The notes under the pieces were generated by a model. It worked only from the letters and a program-made list of their open reading frames with translations, made no database searches and had not been told where the DNA came from. Position numbers and translations under genes: made by a program. A stretch of 63,366 nucleotides of DNA, counting the filler, from Welwitschia mirabilis (Eukaryota): NCBI GenBank assembly GCA_051453625.1. It is 6 parts of one record of this genome, joined end to end, with 100 filler letters (N's around TTAATTAATTAA, not from the genome) between each part and the next. Parts side by side here need not be neighbours in the genome. Positions count along the whole stretch, not along the records: positions 33,737 to 56,945 come from JBOZIK010000001.1; 5 more parts are not named here. The stretch is one strand, 5' to 3'. Shown piece after piece: positions 40,750 to 53,500 of the stretch; position 1 is the stretch's first letter; the number at the start of each line of letters is the position of its first letter.

Positions 40750-40915
40750 AATAACTGACTTTGAAACAAAAAACTTAATTAATTTTGAAATGGTGAATGT
40801 AATAAATTTTAGAATGGCAAACATAGTAAATTTTGAAATGAAAAATGTAATAACTTCTAAAAAAATCAACCTAATAAATTTTAAAATAGCAAAATTAACA
40901 ACTTTTAAATGAAAT
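40750..40915. repeat. Degenerate ~24-bp tandem repeat
   Basis: About 7 units of TAAATTTTGAAATG...; explains ORF 40619-40912 (repeated INFEM). Confidence 0.65.
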
Positions 40916-40974
40916 AGTTTTTAATATTATTATTATATTTTTATTTTAAAAACTAAAAAATAAGTTTTAAATTA

Positions 40975-41190
40975 TAAACCTAATTTAATGGGGTCATATT
41001 CATCTTATAAAAGACATAGACAAATGCATGGACTTAAAATACTTTATAGAATTTTTTAATAAAAATGTGATCAAAATGCTTTGAAGAAATTGCTCTAAAG
41101 AATTGGAATTCACTCTAAGGAATAGTGCGAGACTCGATGGTGGATGAATCTTATCCTAGGTTGTGATACTTAAGCATGGAAAGTTGTAAA
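40975..41190 (+). repeat. Dispersed repeat, inverted homologue of 57840-58050
   Basis: CCTAAT.TAATGGGGTCATATTC..CTATAAAA and GCTCTA.AGAATTGGAATT..GTGCGAGACTC.ATGGTGGAT are shared. Partial copies occur at ~56060 and ~56525. Confidence 0.7.
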
Positions 41191-42112
41191 GATTACTTTC
41201 TATTTACCATATTTCTTAAATGTTAATTTTAAAGTTTTTGTCATTCTTATTTAATGATTCATACATAAACTTATCTCTTTGGAAAAATTCGGCTATGGGT
41301 GCATCATGCACTCAAATTTCATTTTGCCATGAGGTTTGGAAGTAAAAAGAGAGTACTTCTCAATGCGTTTAACATACTTCTTCTCTCTTACACATTAAAT
41401 GCTAAGAGAAAGTGGGTCTCTCATAAGGAAAAATTTCTACATTTTAGAAGAGTTCTCAATTTCTAAAAAATGATGTTACCTTTAAAAGGATAATAGCAAG
41501 TGTAACAAAACCATTGAAATAATTTTACAAACCTCATAAAACATAGCCAAAAGAAATATTGAAAGCAAAAATTTTCAAAGTATCTTCCAGATCCTTTAAA
41601 TATGTCTTTGTTTCAGTTTGAATTTTACTTACAGATTATTGGAAGTGAAACGTCGATTTCCTTATAAGGCATAAATTTCAATAAGGATTTTGAAGTTTTG
41701 CCCCTTTTGTTAACTTCTCCTTAGCTCGAACTTCCTTATTCTTTCATTCTAGCTTCTTTTATAAAATAAGACAGAGCACTTTTAGAATTTGTAAAATGTG
41801 AAGTGTATTTATAATAAGAATATTGTGCTTAGCATATCTTCTATGATTATTGCAGAGAATCCATGCATGCTTCCATGGTAAAGTAAGAGTCAGATGTCGA
41901 TTATCTTAGAAAACAAAAATTATGGAATCAAGGCTAAAAATTTGATAATCAATTTTACAAAATGATAAGACTAGTCATCAAAACCGATCTTCAATATGTA
42001 TGAGTGCACATCTGCGATAGAGATATGGTAGATGTCTTACAAGCTTAAAACATCATTTTCCTTTTTGATATTTGTGCCTTTTTCTCGTCAGTTTCATTAA
42101 GTATGTATAATT

Positions 42113-45100
42113 TGATGAAATATTCTTGTACAAGCTGTAAAATATTTAGTTTCCTAAATATAGAGTCAATCAGATCCGTAACCTATAGTAGAGAATTAGA
42201 TGTCAATCAGTTCTCTAACTTATAGCTAAGAATTAGGTATCAATCAGTTCCCTAACTTGTAGCTAAGAATTAGATGTTAATTAGTTTTTTCTATTCTTGG
42301 TCTCTTGATTATACAGTATAAATTCTTATATATTCTTGTGATAAATGAGTGAAATAGAAAAACATTGAATACTCTCATATCACTCAAGTTGGTATCAGAG
42401 CTATGGCTCTCTTCAATCTATTGTTATAAATAATGAGTGAGAAAATGGAATTATCAAGAAGCAATCCCATCCCTGTTATGGTTTAGTCTGAAGGTGCTTT
42501 TAATGTAGGCATTATTCTCATTGAATCAAATTATAATATTTTGTTATAATTGATGGAGATGTATATTGCTAAAAGGAAAAAAATTCCTTACATTGTGGCA
42601 AATGGAAGCCACCTACAACATCAGAAGAAGGGTATGAAAGGTGGTATGCTAAGAATCAAAAAGTTAAAAGGTATCTTTTATTGTACATGATGCCAAAAAT
42701 TATGAAAAGATATTTACGCCTAACTACTACTCATGCTATCTTAACTGCTTTGTTAAAAGCCTTTTATGATGGAAGTGATGAATTACAAATCTTTTCCTTG
42801 AATCAAAGAGCATTCGCTGCCAAAGAGAATGGAAAATCTCTCTCTGAATATTATGGTATATTAATCAAAATCTTTCATGAATTGGACCATCGAGATAAAA
42901 TGGTCATGAAGGACCCTAATGATGTTGAAGCATACCAAAGATCTATTGAAAGGCCGAGGGTGCATATATTCCTTACTACACTTGATGATTTTTTTAAACA
43001 AGTTCGTGGAGATATTCTACATAAAGAATCAATCCCAAATCTAGAAGAATGCCATTGTTTAATCTGATGAGAAGATAACATCATGTTACATTCAAAAGAG
43101 AGTCTAAAAACTCTAAAGCTACAGCAATGGTAACTCGAAATAAGTCAAAGACAAATAGTGGTGCTGAAAGATCTGCCTATAAATGTACCCATTGTAATCA
43201 GTTTGGACATACCAAGGAGTGTTACTATGAACTTATGGGATATCTAGATTGGTGGGATCATAATCAAGGACCTCAAAGGAGAAATACAAAGAAGATTCGA
43301 CCTACTGTTGCTACTATTAAAACAAACACAAAAGATGATGTTGTTAAGATAACTTCAACAATGATAGCTACTACAGATAATGGAGGTAAGAGATTTTGTG
43401 TTTCTACACTTGTTAGTAATAACAAATGGATAATTGATTCAGGTGCTACAAATCATATGATATTTGATTCTAGGTAGTTCACTAAAGTTAAACCATCTCT
43501 ACAAAAATTTATCTCAACCACAAATGGTAATAAGCCCCCAATTACTAGAGAAGGGTCTTTAACTCTCACTAATACTTTGAATTTGGATTCTATTTTACCT
43601 GTTCCTTCTTAGACTCTAATCTCTTATCTGTTTCTCAAATTACAATAGCCTTATCTTGTATTATAATATTTTGGCCTAACTTTTATTTCTTTAAGAACAT
43701 TCAGATACAGTAGACGATTGGTTGTGGTATTAAGTAATGGAACCTATACTACTTAGACCTAAAGTCAGAAACTTCAGACAAGTTGTTCAAGTCTTAGTAG
43801 TGAATGACACTAGTGTGGAAAAGTGAAAAGAAAAAATATTGTTGCAGCATCAACGATTAGGACATACATATTTTGGATACCTAAAAATATTATTCCCTAG
43901 TTTGTTTGAAAGAATTGATATCTCTAATTTTTATTGTAATGTATGTGAACTTGCAAAAAGTCATTAAACTTCATTTCCATCAAATTTAAATAAAAATCTT
44001 CACTCTGACGTATGGGGGCCATCTAAAATTCCAACTTTGGATGGATCTCACTAGTTTATAACATTCATTGATGATTGTACTAGAATGACATGGTTGTGAC
44101 TAATGAAATTCAAAAGTGAAGTAAATTTACTGTTTCAAAGATTTCACAGAACCATTAAAACTCAATATAATTCACATATCTGTGTTCTCCATAGTGACAA
44201 TGGTGGGTAATATCAAAATTCTAAACTTAAGGATTATTTTAAAGCACAAGAAATGATTAATCAGGCCACATGTGTTGATACACCTTAGATAAATGGGATA
44301 GTTGAGAGAAAAATTGGCATTTACTTGAAGTAGTTTGTGCTTTACTAATTCAAGCTCATATGCCATTGTCTTATTGAGGAGAATCTATTTCCAATGTAGT
44401 ATATTTAATAATAGAAATCCCTCATATACCATTGACTTCAAAACATCACTTTAAGCACTGACCAAGAGTTTAACTTCTCTGCCAGTGCCAAACCTGCCTC
44501 CTCATGTATTTGGATGTGTAGTCTTTGTACATATCCATAAACAACAACGACAAAAGTGAGCTCCACAAGCCTTGTAGTGTATTCTTCTTGGGTAAGCTAC
44601 AAATAAAAAAGGATACATGTGTTATCATCCTTCAACTAAGTGGATGTTTATAACAATGGATGTAGTCTTTCATGAAGATTCAATGTATTTCTCTTTTGAG
44701 CTGGAACCTCAGAGGGAGAAGAATCAGAAGGAAGTTCAGACACTAGAATATGAGTTTCAGGTGGAGTATGAGTTTCAGGGAAAGTATCAACTTCCTGATA
44801 ATGATGTTTTTAGTAAATTAAATCACAGTGATAACTCTTTAAAGCATGATGAAAAAGGTGATGATCACCAATTGGAGTATGAGAGGATGGTTGAGTCAAA
44901 ACCTAAAGTTACGAGTTCATCAATTAAAAATGAAGAGGTGATTGAAGAATCTAAGTTCCTAAATAATATACCACGCTAATTGTTTATTGAGGATTCTTCT
45001 ACTTTCAAACTTAAACCACCTAGAAAGCAATTACCTGAGCGTCTTACTAGAAGTATTTCTAAACCTACTTATGAACCTAAAATTTTAATTAAAGCCAGAT

Positions 45101-47009
45101 ATCCCGTGAACCATTATGTATCAAATTAATATTTATTAGAATTAAATAAGTAATTTATAAATCAATTATCTACAGTGATTGTTCCTAACAGTGTGCAAGA
45201 AGATTTAGCTGATCCAAAATGAAGAGTTACGATGGCTGAAGAAATGAAATCCTTATAAAAGAATGAAATGTGGGAACTTATTAATTGCCTACCAAGAAAG
45301 AAACAAGTAGGATGTCGATGGGTTTATACTATAAAGTATAAAGTGAATGACATAATTAAACATTTTAAAGTAAGATTGGTGATAAAGGATTATGTACAAA
45401 CCTATGGTGTAGATTACATAGAAATGTTTGCACTAGTAGCTAAAATTAATATTGTTAGAGTATTGTTATTATTAGCTATTAACTTGGATTGGCCATTGTA
45501 ATAGTTTGATGTAAAAAATGCCTTCTTACATGGTGAGTTGTCTAAAGAAATCTATATGGATATTGTAACAAGATGTATGATATCTGAAAAACAGAGTAGA
45601 AAAGTGTGCAAGCTAAAAAAATCATTGTATGGACTGAAGTAGTCTCTAAGATCATGGTTTGGAAGATTTACAAAGTCTATGATAACTTTTGGATACCACA
45701 AAAGTAATTCAGATTACACTTTATTTCTGAAAATGGAACATGGTAAAATCATTGCTCTTGTTATATATGTAGACAACATGGTAGTAATAGGAAATAATCT
45801 AGAAGAAATGAAGGCTTTGCAAGAACACTTATTCAAAGAATTTGAAATAAAAGACATGAACTACTTGAAATATTTTCTTGGGATTAAAGTTTCAAGATCA
45901 AAAAGGGGAATCTTTCTATCCCAAAGAAAATACACTTTAGAATTATTAAAAGAAATAGATATGTTGGGTTATTAACAAGTTAATATACCAGTTGAGGAAG
46001 GACTGAAATTATGTATAGAAGCAAACCAAGTACTTGTAGAAAAAGAAAGATATATAAGACTTGGGGGAAGGCTAATGTACTTAGCTCACACAAGGCCTAA
46101 CCTAGCTTATGCATTGAGTATTGTCAGTTAATTCATACATAACCCTAGAGAATAACATATGAATGTAGTGATGAGAATCTTGAGATACTTGAAATGTGCT
46201 CCTTGGAAAGGAATTTTGTTTACTAAAAATAAAAATTGGTAAGATATTGATGTCTATACTAATGCTAATTAGGCTAGAGAAATTAATGATAGAAGGTCAA
46301 CTTTTGGTTACTTCACATTTGTAAGAGGTAATCTTGTTACTTGAAGAAGCAAAAAACAAAATGTTGTTACTTGATCAAGTGCAGAAGCTAAGTTTAGAGG
46401 TATTGCACTTGAGCTGTGTGAAGCTTTATGGATATGATTGCTTTTGCAAGATTTGGATTATCCACCATAGTAGCCAAATTAATTGTACTGTGATAGCAAG
46501 GCTGCATGTGATATAGCTCATAATCCTGTCCATCATGATTGTACTAAGCATGTTGAGGTTGATAGATTCTTTATCAAAGAGAAGTTAGATGGCAAAATTA
46601 TGGAGCTTCCCAAGATTTGATCTGAAGATCAGTTAGCAGATATCCTTATCAAGGCTATATCAAAACGTGTTTTTTCAAAATGTCTTGGAAAGTTGGACAT
46701 GTATGATATCTATGCATCAACTTAAGGGGAAGTGATGACATATTCTTGTACAAGCTATAAAATATTTAGTTTCCTAAATATAGAGTCAACCAAACCCCTA
46801 ACCTATAGCAGAGAATTAGGTATAAATCAGTTCCCTAACTTATAGCTAAGAATTAGGTGTCAATTAGTTCCCTAACTTGTAGCTAAAAATTAGTTGTTAA
46901 TTAGTTTTTTCTATTATTGGTCTCTTAATTATACAATATAAATTCTTGTATATTCTTGTGACAAATGAGTGAAATAGAAAAAAATTGAATACTCTCATAT
47001 CATTCAAGT
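42113..47009 (+). mobile_element. Full-length decayed Copia LTR retrotransposon (Ale/Retrofit-like), 4.9 kb, 277-bp LTRs at 42113-42389 and 46733-47009
   Basis: LTRs align without gaps (22 mismatches by my count). PBS TGGTATCAGAGC at 42390-42401, PPT AAGGGGAAG at 46724-46732, flanks TAATT/GAATT. Each LTR holds a 37-bp x3 internal repeat. Confidence 0.95.
42433..46725 (+). pseudogene. Disrupted gag-pol polyprotein of the Copia element
   Basis: Zinc knuckle CTHCNQFGHTKEC, protease WIIDSGATNHM, integrase [36 protein letters not shown], RNase[21 protein letters not shown]. Many stops and frameshifts. Confidence 0.92.
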
Positions 47010-47532
47010 GAATTTTGACAGATAATAGAGGAGATCACATATTACATAATTTGAAAGATAAATTTATTTGAATTTCCTTAAGGATATAAAATTTTATAGC
47101 AAATCACACATAAGGGATTTTTAAAAGATGGATTTTAGTTTCATTTCCTAAAATTCATATAGACGTTACAAAAAATTGCTTAATGTAAAATTCTAAAGGA
47201 GGAATTTTAGTTGAATTTCATGATGGATCTAAAATTTTGGAATATGTTATAATAAATGAATGTAGAAAGACAGGTTTATGTACTAGATTTGAATCTTTTA
47301 TAAATATTATTGGAATCTAGCTTTGACTAAAGAATGTTAACATGTATGCATCTTTGTCTCTATTTAAGTAGCCTTTGTCTCCATTTGAGTAAAGATTCTT
47401 TTAACGTCCTTCTCATAGTCAACTATGCTTCAAGTTTGAAAGGAGAATTCATTTAATTATTTCTTCATGCCACTCGACAAATACTCTTCAGAGAGGTAAT
47501 ACATTAAGTACCTACTCCTTTACTGAATGCAC

Positions 47533-50500
47533 TATTAAGTGTAGGACACACTTATGAAAATATAAATAAATCTAAATGAATTTTTTATTAAATTAATAAG
47601 CAAGCTAGACTATTATATATAGCCTTACATAGTAAAACTGAAAAACAAGAAATTAGTAGATCAAATCTTAACAAAGTCTAATGTGATAAGATTAATTTAG
47701 AGAGAAAATAAATCCCTTAAAATACGTATTTATTAACAAACCTTCTAAACAAAAGAGTAAGAATAAATGCTAAACATTCCTCCCTGAAACTGAATGCTAC
47801 TAGCATTTAGTTTATATTAGTTTCATAAGAAAATATTAGTAGTTCTTGCAGCTTTAAAAAAACATCCAGATTAAGTGGTTTAATCATCAAATTTACCAAT
47901 TATTCCTATGTGCCATAGTGCACCAACTCCATTGTACTAGCCTTTGTGAGATCTTAAAGGAAATGGAACTGCACATCTATATGCTTAGTACAATAATGCA
48001 TTACTAGATTTTTTGAATGTTTGGTTGGAGAACTACTATCACAACGAATAATAGTTGACTTAGCACCCTTTTCAACCATATAGTTTGGCATGCACACAAA
48101 GCTACAGTAATAAACTCTGCCTTTATAGTAGATAGTGTGACTACTGGTTTTTTTTTTTTTTTTTTAATGATCAAGATACTACTCTTAAACTCAATAAAAA
48201 CACATAACTTGAGGTGCTATTTTGTATTGTACATCTCTAGCATAATCATTGTTAATATAAATAATATGTTTATCATCTTCTTCCTTCCTATAGAAAATCC
48301 CATACTTAGTTGTTCTCTTCAAATGTCTCAACACCCTTTTCATCACCTATAAATAAAGCTTAGTAGGATTCTCCATGTACTTCCTAATAAAGCTCACCAC
48401 AAACATCATGTCTGGCTAAGTAGTTGTGAGATACATGGGACTACTCATACTCTATTTATTATGAGTCTTATCCACCTTAACTCCTCCTTCATCATTTACG
48501 AGCTTAATGCCAGGGACAATTAGATTATAAACAAAATTACTTTTATCCATTCCAAACCTTTGTAGTACATCTAATACATACTTCTTTTGACTGATAAAAA
48601 TTCCATCTGATCTTTGTGAGACTTTAAGACCAAGGAAATATCTCATCTGACCAAGATTTGTCATGTTAAACTCATGCTTCATGGAATTTTAAAAATTCTG
48701 TTAACATTACTTCATCATTTCTAGTAAAAATAAGATCATTAACATACAAACTTACAATTAACACTTTGACTTATTTTCTTATTTTGAAAATAGTATATGC
48801 TTGTAATCCCATTTTTTAAAACCTTCGTTTATGAATTAGTCTTATATACAACTATACCAAGCATGTGGTGCTTGCTTAAGCCCATAAAGTGCCTTTTTTA
48901 ACTTGTAAACATTCTGTCCATTTTGCTTTGCACATAGCCATAAGGTTGCTCCACAAAAACTTGTTCCTTTAATTCACCATATAAGAATGCAGGCTTTACA
49001 TCTAGCCAGTAGATAGTCCATCCTCTTTGGGCTGTAATTCTATCACTAAATGAATTATCTCCATATGGGCCATCAGTGCAAATACTTCTGTATAATTTAT
49101 CCCTTGTTACTGAGCACACCCCTTCACAACAAGCCTGGCCTTGTATTTATCCACTTCTTTTTTTTTTATTAAGTTTAGTTTTATAGACCCAATTCATACT
49201 AACCTTCTTTGCTGCATCAGGTAAATCTATCAATTTTCACATGTCATTCCTTTCTATTGTTTTCATTTCCACATCCATACCTCTCCTTTATTTTTCACTC
49301 TTCATGATATCTTTAAAGTGGATAGGATGACCAGCTGCAAGCATGGCCAAATGTGCATCATTGTCTTCTTCAGAAAGTCCTTTTCCTATTTCATAGTCTC
49401 TCATACAAGCTAGTGGTTCTATAATCCTCCTTTAATTAGAGTGAGATGAGTTTCCTTTTTTCAAGAATTAGATGAAACATTCTCCTCTATATCACCTTCA
49501 TTATCAAATTCAGTTTCTTTTTCATTCTCATCAATCACAACAACTTCCTCCATAAGATTACTTGATTTGAGATTGCACATAATAGGCTTTTCATATTTCT
49601 TATCCCAATCCCCATTCTTATCCTCTTCAAATATAACATCCCTGCATATTATGATCCTTTGTAAAGCTAGATCATTAAGTTGAAAGCCTTTGATTCCTCA
49701 CTAACTCCTAATAGAACACAGCTCAAGCTGTTATCATCGAGTTTAGTTCTTGTACCATTTAGAGCATGAACATGAGAGATACAACCCAAAACTCTAAAGT
49801 ACTCAACTAAAGTCTAAACTCCACTTCAAGCTTCTTCCAGAGTCTTATTCTTCATCATTAGTTTTGGACTTTGATTTAAGACATGCACCACCCAGTTAAC
49901 TACTTCATGCCAGAAGGTTTTTAGAACTTTCTTTTTTGAAAGCTTACTATGAATCTTGTTCATAATGGTTCTATTCTTTTATTCCACAACTTCATTCTAT
50001 TATGGTGTGTAGGTAGCTGTCAATTGTCTTTGTATTCCATTTACATCACAAAAATTAATGAATTATTATGATTTGAACTCTCCTTCTCGATTAGTGAGTA
50101 AGCCTTTAATAGACAAGTTTGTTTCCTATAATGACCAAATTTTTTTTGTAGTTAAAAATATTCATCTTTAATGCCTTGATGCTCTGATTTCAAAATGTAA
50201 TAACTCAAAATTTTCACAGTTGAAAAATCTTCATAAACTTGATGCTTTGAATTTAGAATGTAACACCTGCATTTCTTGTTCTAAACGTATGAACATTACA
50301 TATTTAGAAAAGGATTAAATCCTTATTATTCTCCTCTAAGCAATGAATTAATTAAAAATTATTATCTATATTATTAATAGAAAATTTAAACTCTATAATT
50401 TTCATCTCAAGAATTTATAACTTCCTTTAATAATGACTCTCTTTAAGGTGGCCCTCTCCTCCATAAAACCTTACTTGTTCCATCTTTATCATTATTGAGA

Positions 50501-53500
50501 AAGGTGGACATAGAGACAGGCCATCACAGTGCAAAAACATTATGGTGTGGACGACGGAGGCAACAAAAGATGCGATAGGTGGGATGCTGAAAAGAGAACA
50601 CCATTAACAAATAGCCATTGTTATTCCTTTAATGCATGAATGTCATAGAAGAAATGAGAATTTTCTAGGACCTAATTATAGTGGTAGAGATAAGAAGCAT
50701 GCTTTCTCTATGGTGATAATTTCTTATGATGATTAAGATGGAGTGGATATTTCATAAATTCATTTTGTTATATTAAATATCCACTTCATGGTGTAAAAGT
50801 TAAGCATATATGAAATCAATATGATGGGTGGCTGTTCGATTCTCATTGATTACAGATGATAGTCTTTTAAAAATTGCATTGAGTATAAAGGGTTAATATT
50901 TTTTTAATAATTATGGTTTTAATTACAATGCATTACATGTGGAACCTCTTAAAAATTCTCACCTCAATAAAATTTGACAAAGGTTTTCTTCTCATATAAT
51001 ATTAACTTTGGCTCATAACTTACATAATGCTTTTTTTAATTAAAAGAATTTCTTTAAGATTTTTAATTTAAATAATTAAAAATTATGCGTATAATTAATC
51101 ATCTAATGAATAGATGTTAACACATAAATTCTATGTTCATTACTATATTTGACAATAAAACCTTCCAGAAAACTTTCAAGGAATACATATAAAAGAGAGG
51201 CAATAACCACAATTTCAAGGAAAGATATAAATGATTTAACATTCAATACAATACTAGGGAGTTCGAATTTCTTAACAAGCATTCAAATTTCACTCCNNNN
51301 NNNNNNNNNNNNNNNNNNNNNNNNNNNNNNNNNNNNNNNNNNNNNNNNNNNNNNNNNNNNNNNNNNNNNNNNNNNNNNNNNNNNNNNNNNNNNNNNNNNN
51401 NNNNNNNNNNNNNNNNNNNNNNNNNNNNNNNNNNNNNNNNNNNNNNNNNNNNNNNNNNNNNNNNNNNNNNNNNNNNNNNNNNNNNNNNNNNNNNNNNNNN
51501 NNNNNNNNNNNNNNNNNNNNNNNNNNNNNNNNNNNNNNNNNNNNNNNNNNNNNNNNNNNNNNNNNNNNNNNNNNNNNNNNNNNNNNNNNNNNNNNNNNNN
51601 NNNNNNNNNNNNNNNNNNNNNNNNNNNNNNNNNNNNNNNNNNNNNNNNNNNNNNNNNNNNNNNNNNNNNNNNNNNNNNNNNNNNNNNNNNNNNNNNNNNN
51701 NNNNNNNNNNNNNNNNNNNNNNNNNNNNNNNNNNNNNNNNNNNNNNNNNNNNNNNNNNNNNNNNNNNNNNNNNNNNNNNNNNNNNNNNNNNNNNNNNNNN
51801 NNNNNNNNNNNNNNNNNNNNNNNNNNNNNNNNNNNNNNNNNNNNNNNNNNNNNNNNNNNNNNNNNNNNNNNNNNNNNNNNNNNNNNNNNNNNNNNNNNNN
51901 NNNNNNNNNNNNNNNNNNNNNAAATAGATGTTAATACATAAATCCTATGTTGATTACTATATTTAACAATAAAACCTTCAAGAAAACTTCCAAGTAATAC
52001 ATATAAAAGAGAGGCAATAACTACAATTTCAAGGAAAGATATATATGATTTAACATTCAATACAATACCGGGGAATTTTAAATTCTCAACAAGCATTTAA
52101 ATTTCACTCCAAAAAAATTTATCAAATAGCTTAAAACTTAAAGAAATATTAATACACAAGAGTGATATTCACTTCTTGAATTATAGCATCATCACCTAAA
52201 AGATTAATTACATAGGTCCTTCAAATACAAAAATAGAAATTTATTAACTCCTACAAAAATTCAAGGATGAACAAGTATCTCTAGATGTGAATAAACAAAT
52301 AAAAGTCTCCTAGCATTAATTTTTCTCCACCATACTTCTTGAAACGTTTCCTACACATTAAACATAGTGTGAGAACTGTATCTCCATAGTTCCTAGTGTA
52401 GGCCATGGTAAGGTTTAGGGTAAGGAAGTTTCCAATACTTAAAAGGGATCCTCAAGATTAATGAATAACTAAAACCTCATATCAGGTATAATAATCAAGA
52501 TGCAAATATCCAAGTCTCAATAAACATGAAAATGTTCAATGAACAGTATGCCTTATCAGAGGGGTGTCAATTACTCATTGTCTAGTGGATCATTCCTATG
52601 GCCAATAGGAACCCTTCAGGTGGAATAACCCTCTGAAGCTACATGACATCATGTCATGAAATAGCTAGATGGATAAGCATCCTGATCACTAACAACCACT
52701 CCTATGGCCAATAGGAGCCCTTCAGGTGGCCCAGCCCCTAAAGCTGCATGATTCACTCACATAACAAAGCCTTAAACATCGAGGAGAAAACATAGCAGGA
52801 TATTTATTCATAAGAAAAAGATTTACTTCAAACATGTAAAGGATGCAGAGTCAATTAGAACATATAAGAGATATATGAAATTACACAAATCAAACAAGAG
52901 ATTAGCAAAAATCATAAAACCATATCAAATTTTAAGAAGAACTTAAGATCTCATGAAGATTGTAGGGCTCCAAGGATTTTTTAGGCTCCAAGACTCAGTA
53001 GCAAAAGTACTATCCAAAACTAAAAGTGAGGAAAAAGGAAAAGGAGGATTCTACTTATAATCAAGGTTTGTCGGAATGTAAAGAATCACAAGCATATAAA
53101 AACAAAACATCATAAATAAGGGCAGTTATATGGTGGGAATTTCCATTACCTTGCAAGGCCACCAGGAAAACAATATATAATGATTAAGCTTACCATAATT
53201 AANNNNNNNNNNNNNNNNNNNNNNNNNNNNNNNNNNNNNNNNNNNNNNNNNNNNNNNNNNNNNNNNNNNNNNNNNNAACTCTACACATTAAGCATCTTTA
53301 TTCAAAATAATTTCAAATTCAAATCCACAACTCATTGACATTTTTCAAAATGAGTAATTAAATGAATAAGCTAAAGCACAAAATAATAATCATGAAACTA
53401 TTTGTAATAAAGGAAAACATACAAGATTTAGCATGAAGTATTAGTATTACAATATTTTAAACTTAAGTCTTGATTGTATGAAATTTGGAATGTGACATTT

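Noticed and set aside
39989..40912. ORFs at 39989-40308 and 40619-40912
   Set aside because: Produced by a CT microsatellite and a 24-bp tandem repeat.
51110..52110. ~185-bp duplication flanking the gap (also 7691-7725 versus 8358-8392)
   Set aside because: Gap-flanking duplicates may be haplotype or overlap artefacts; cannot be judged without reads.
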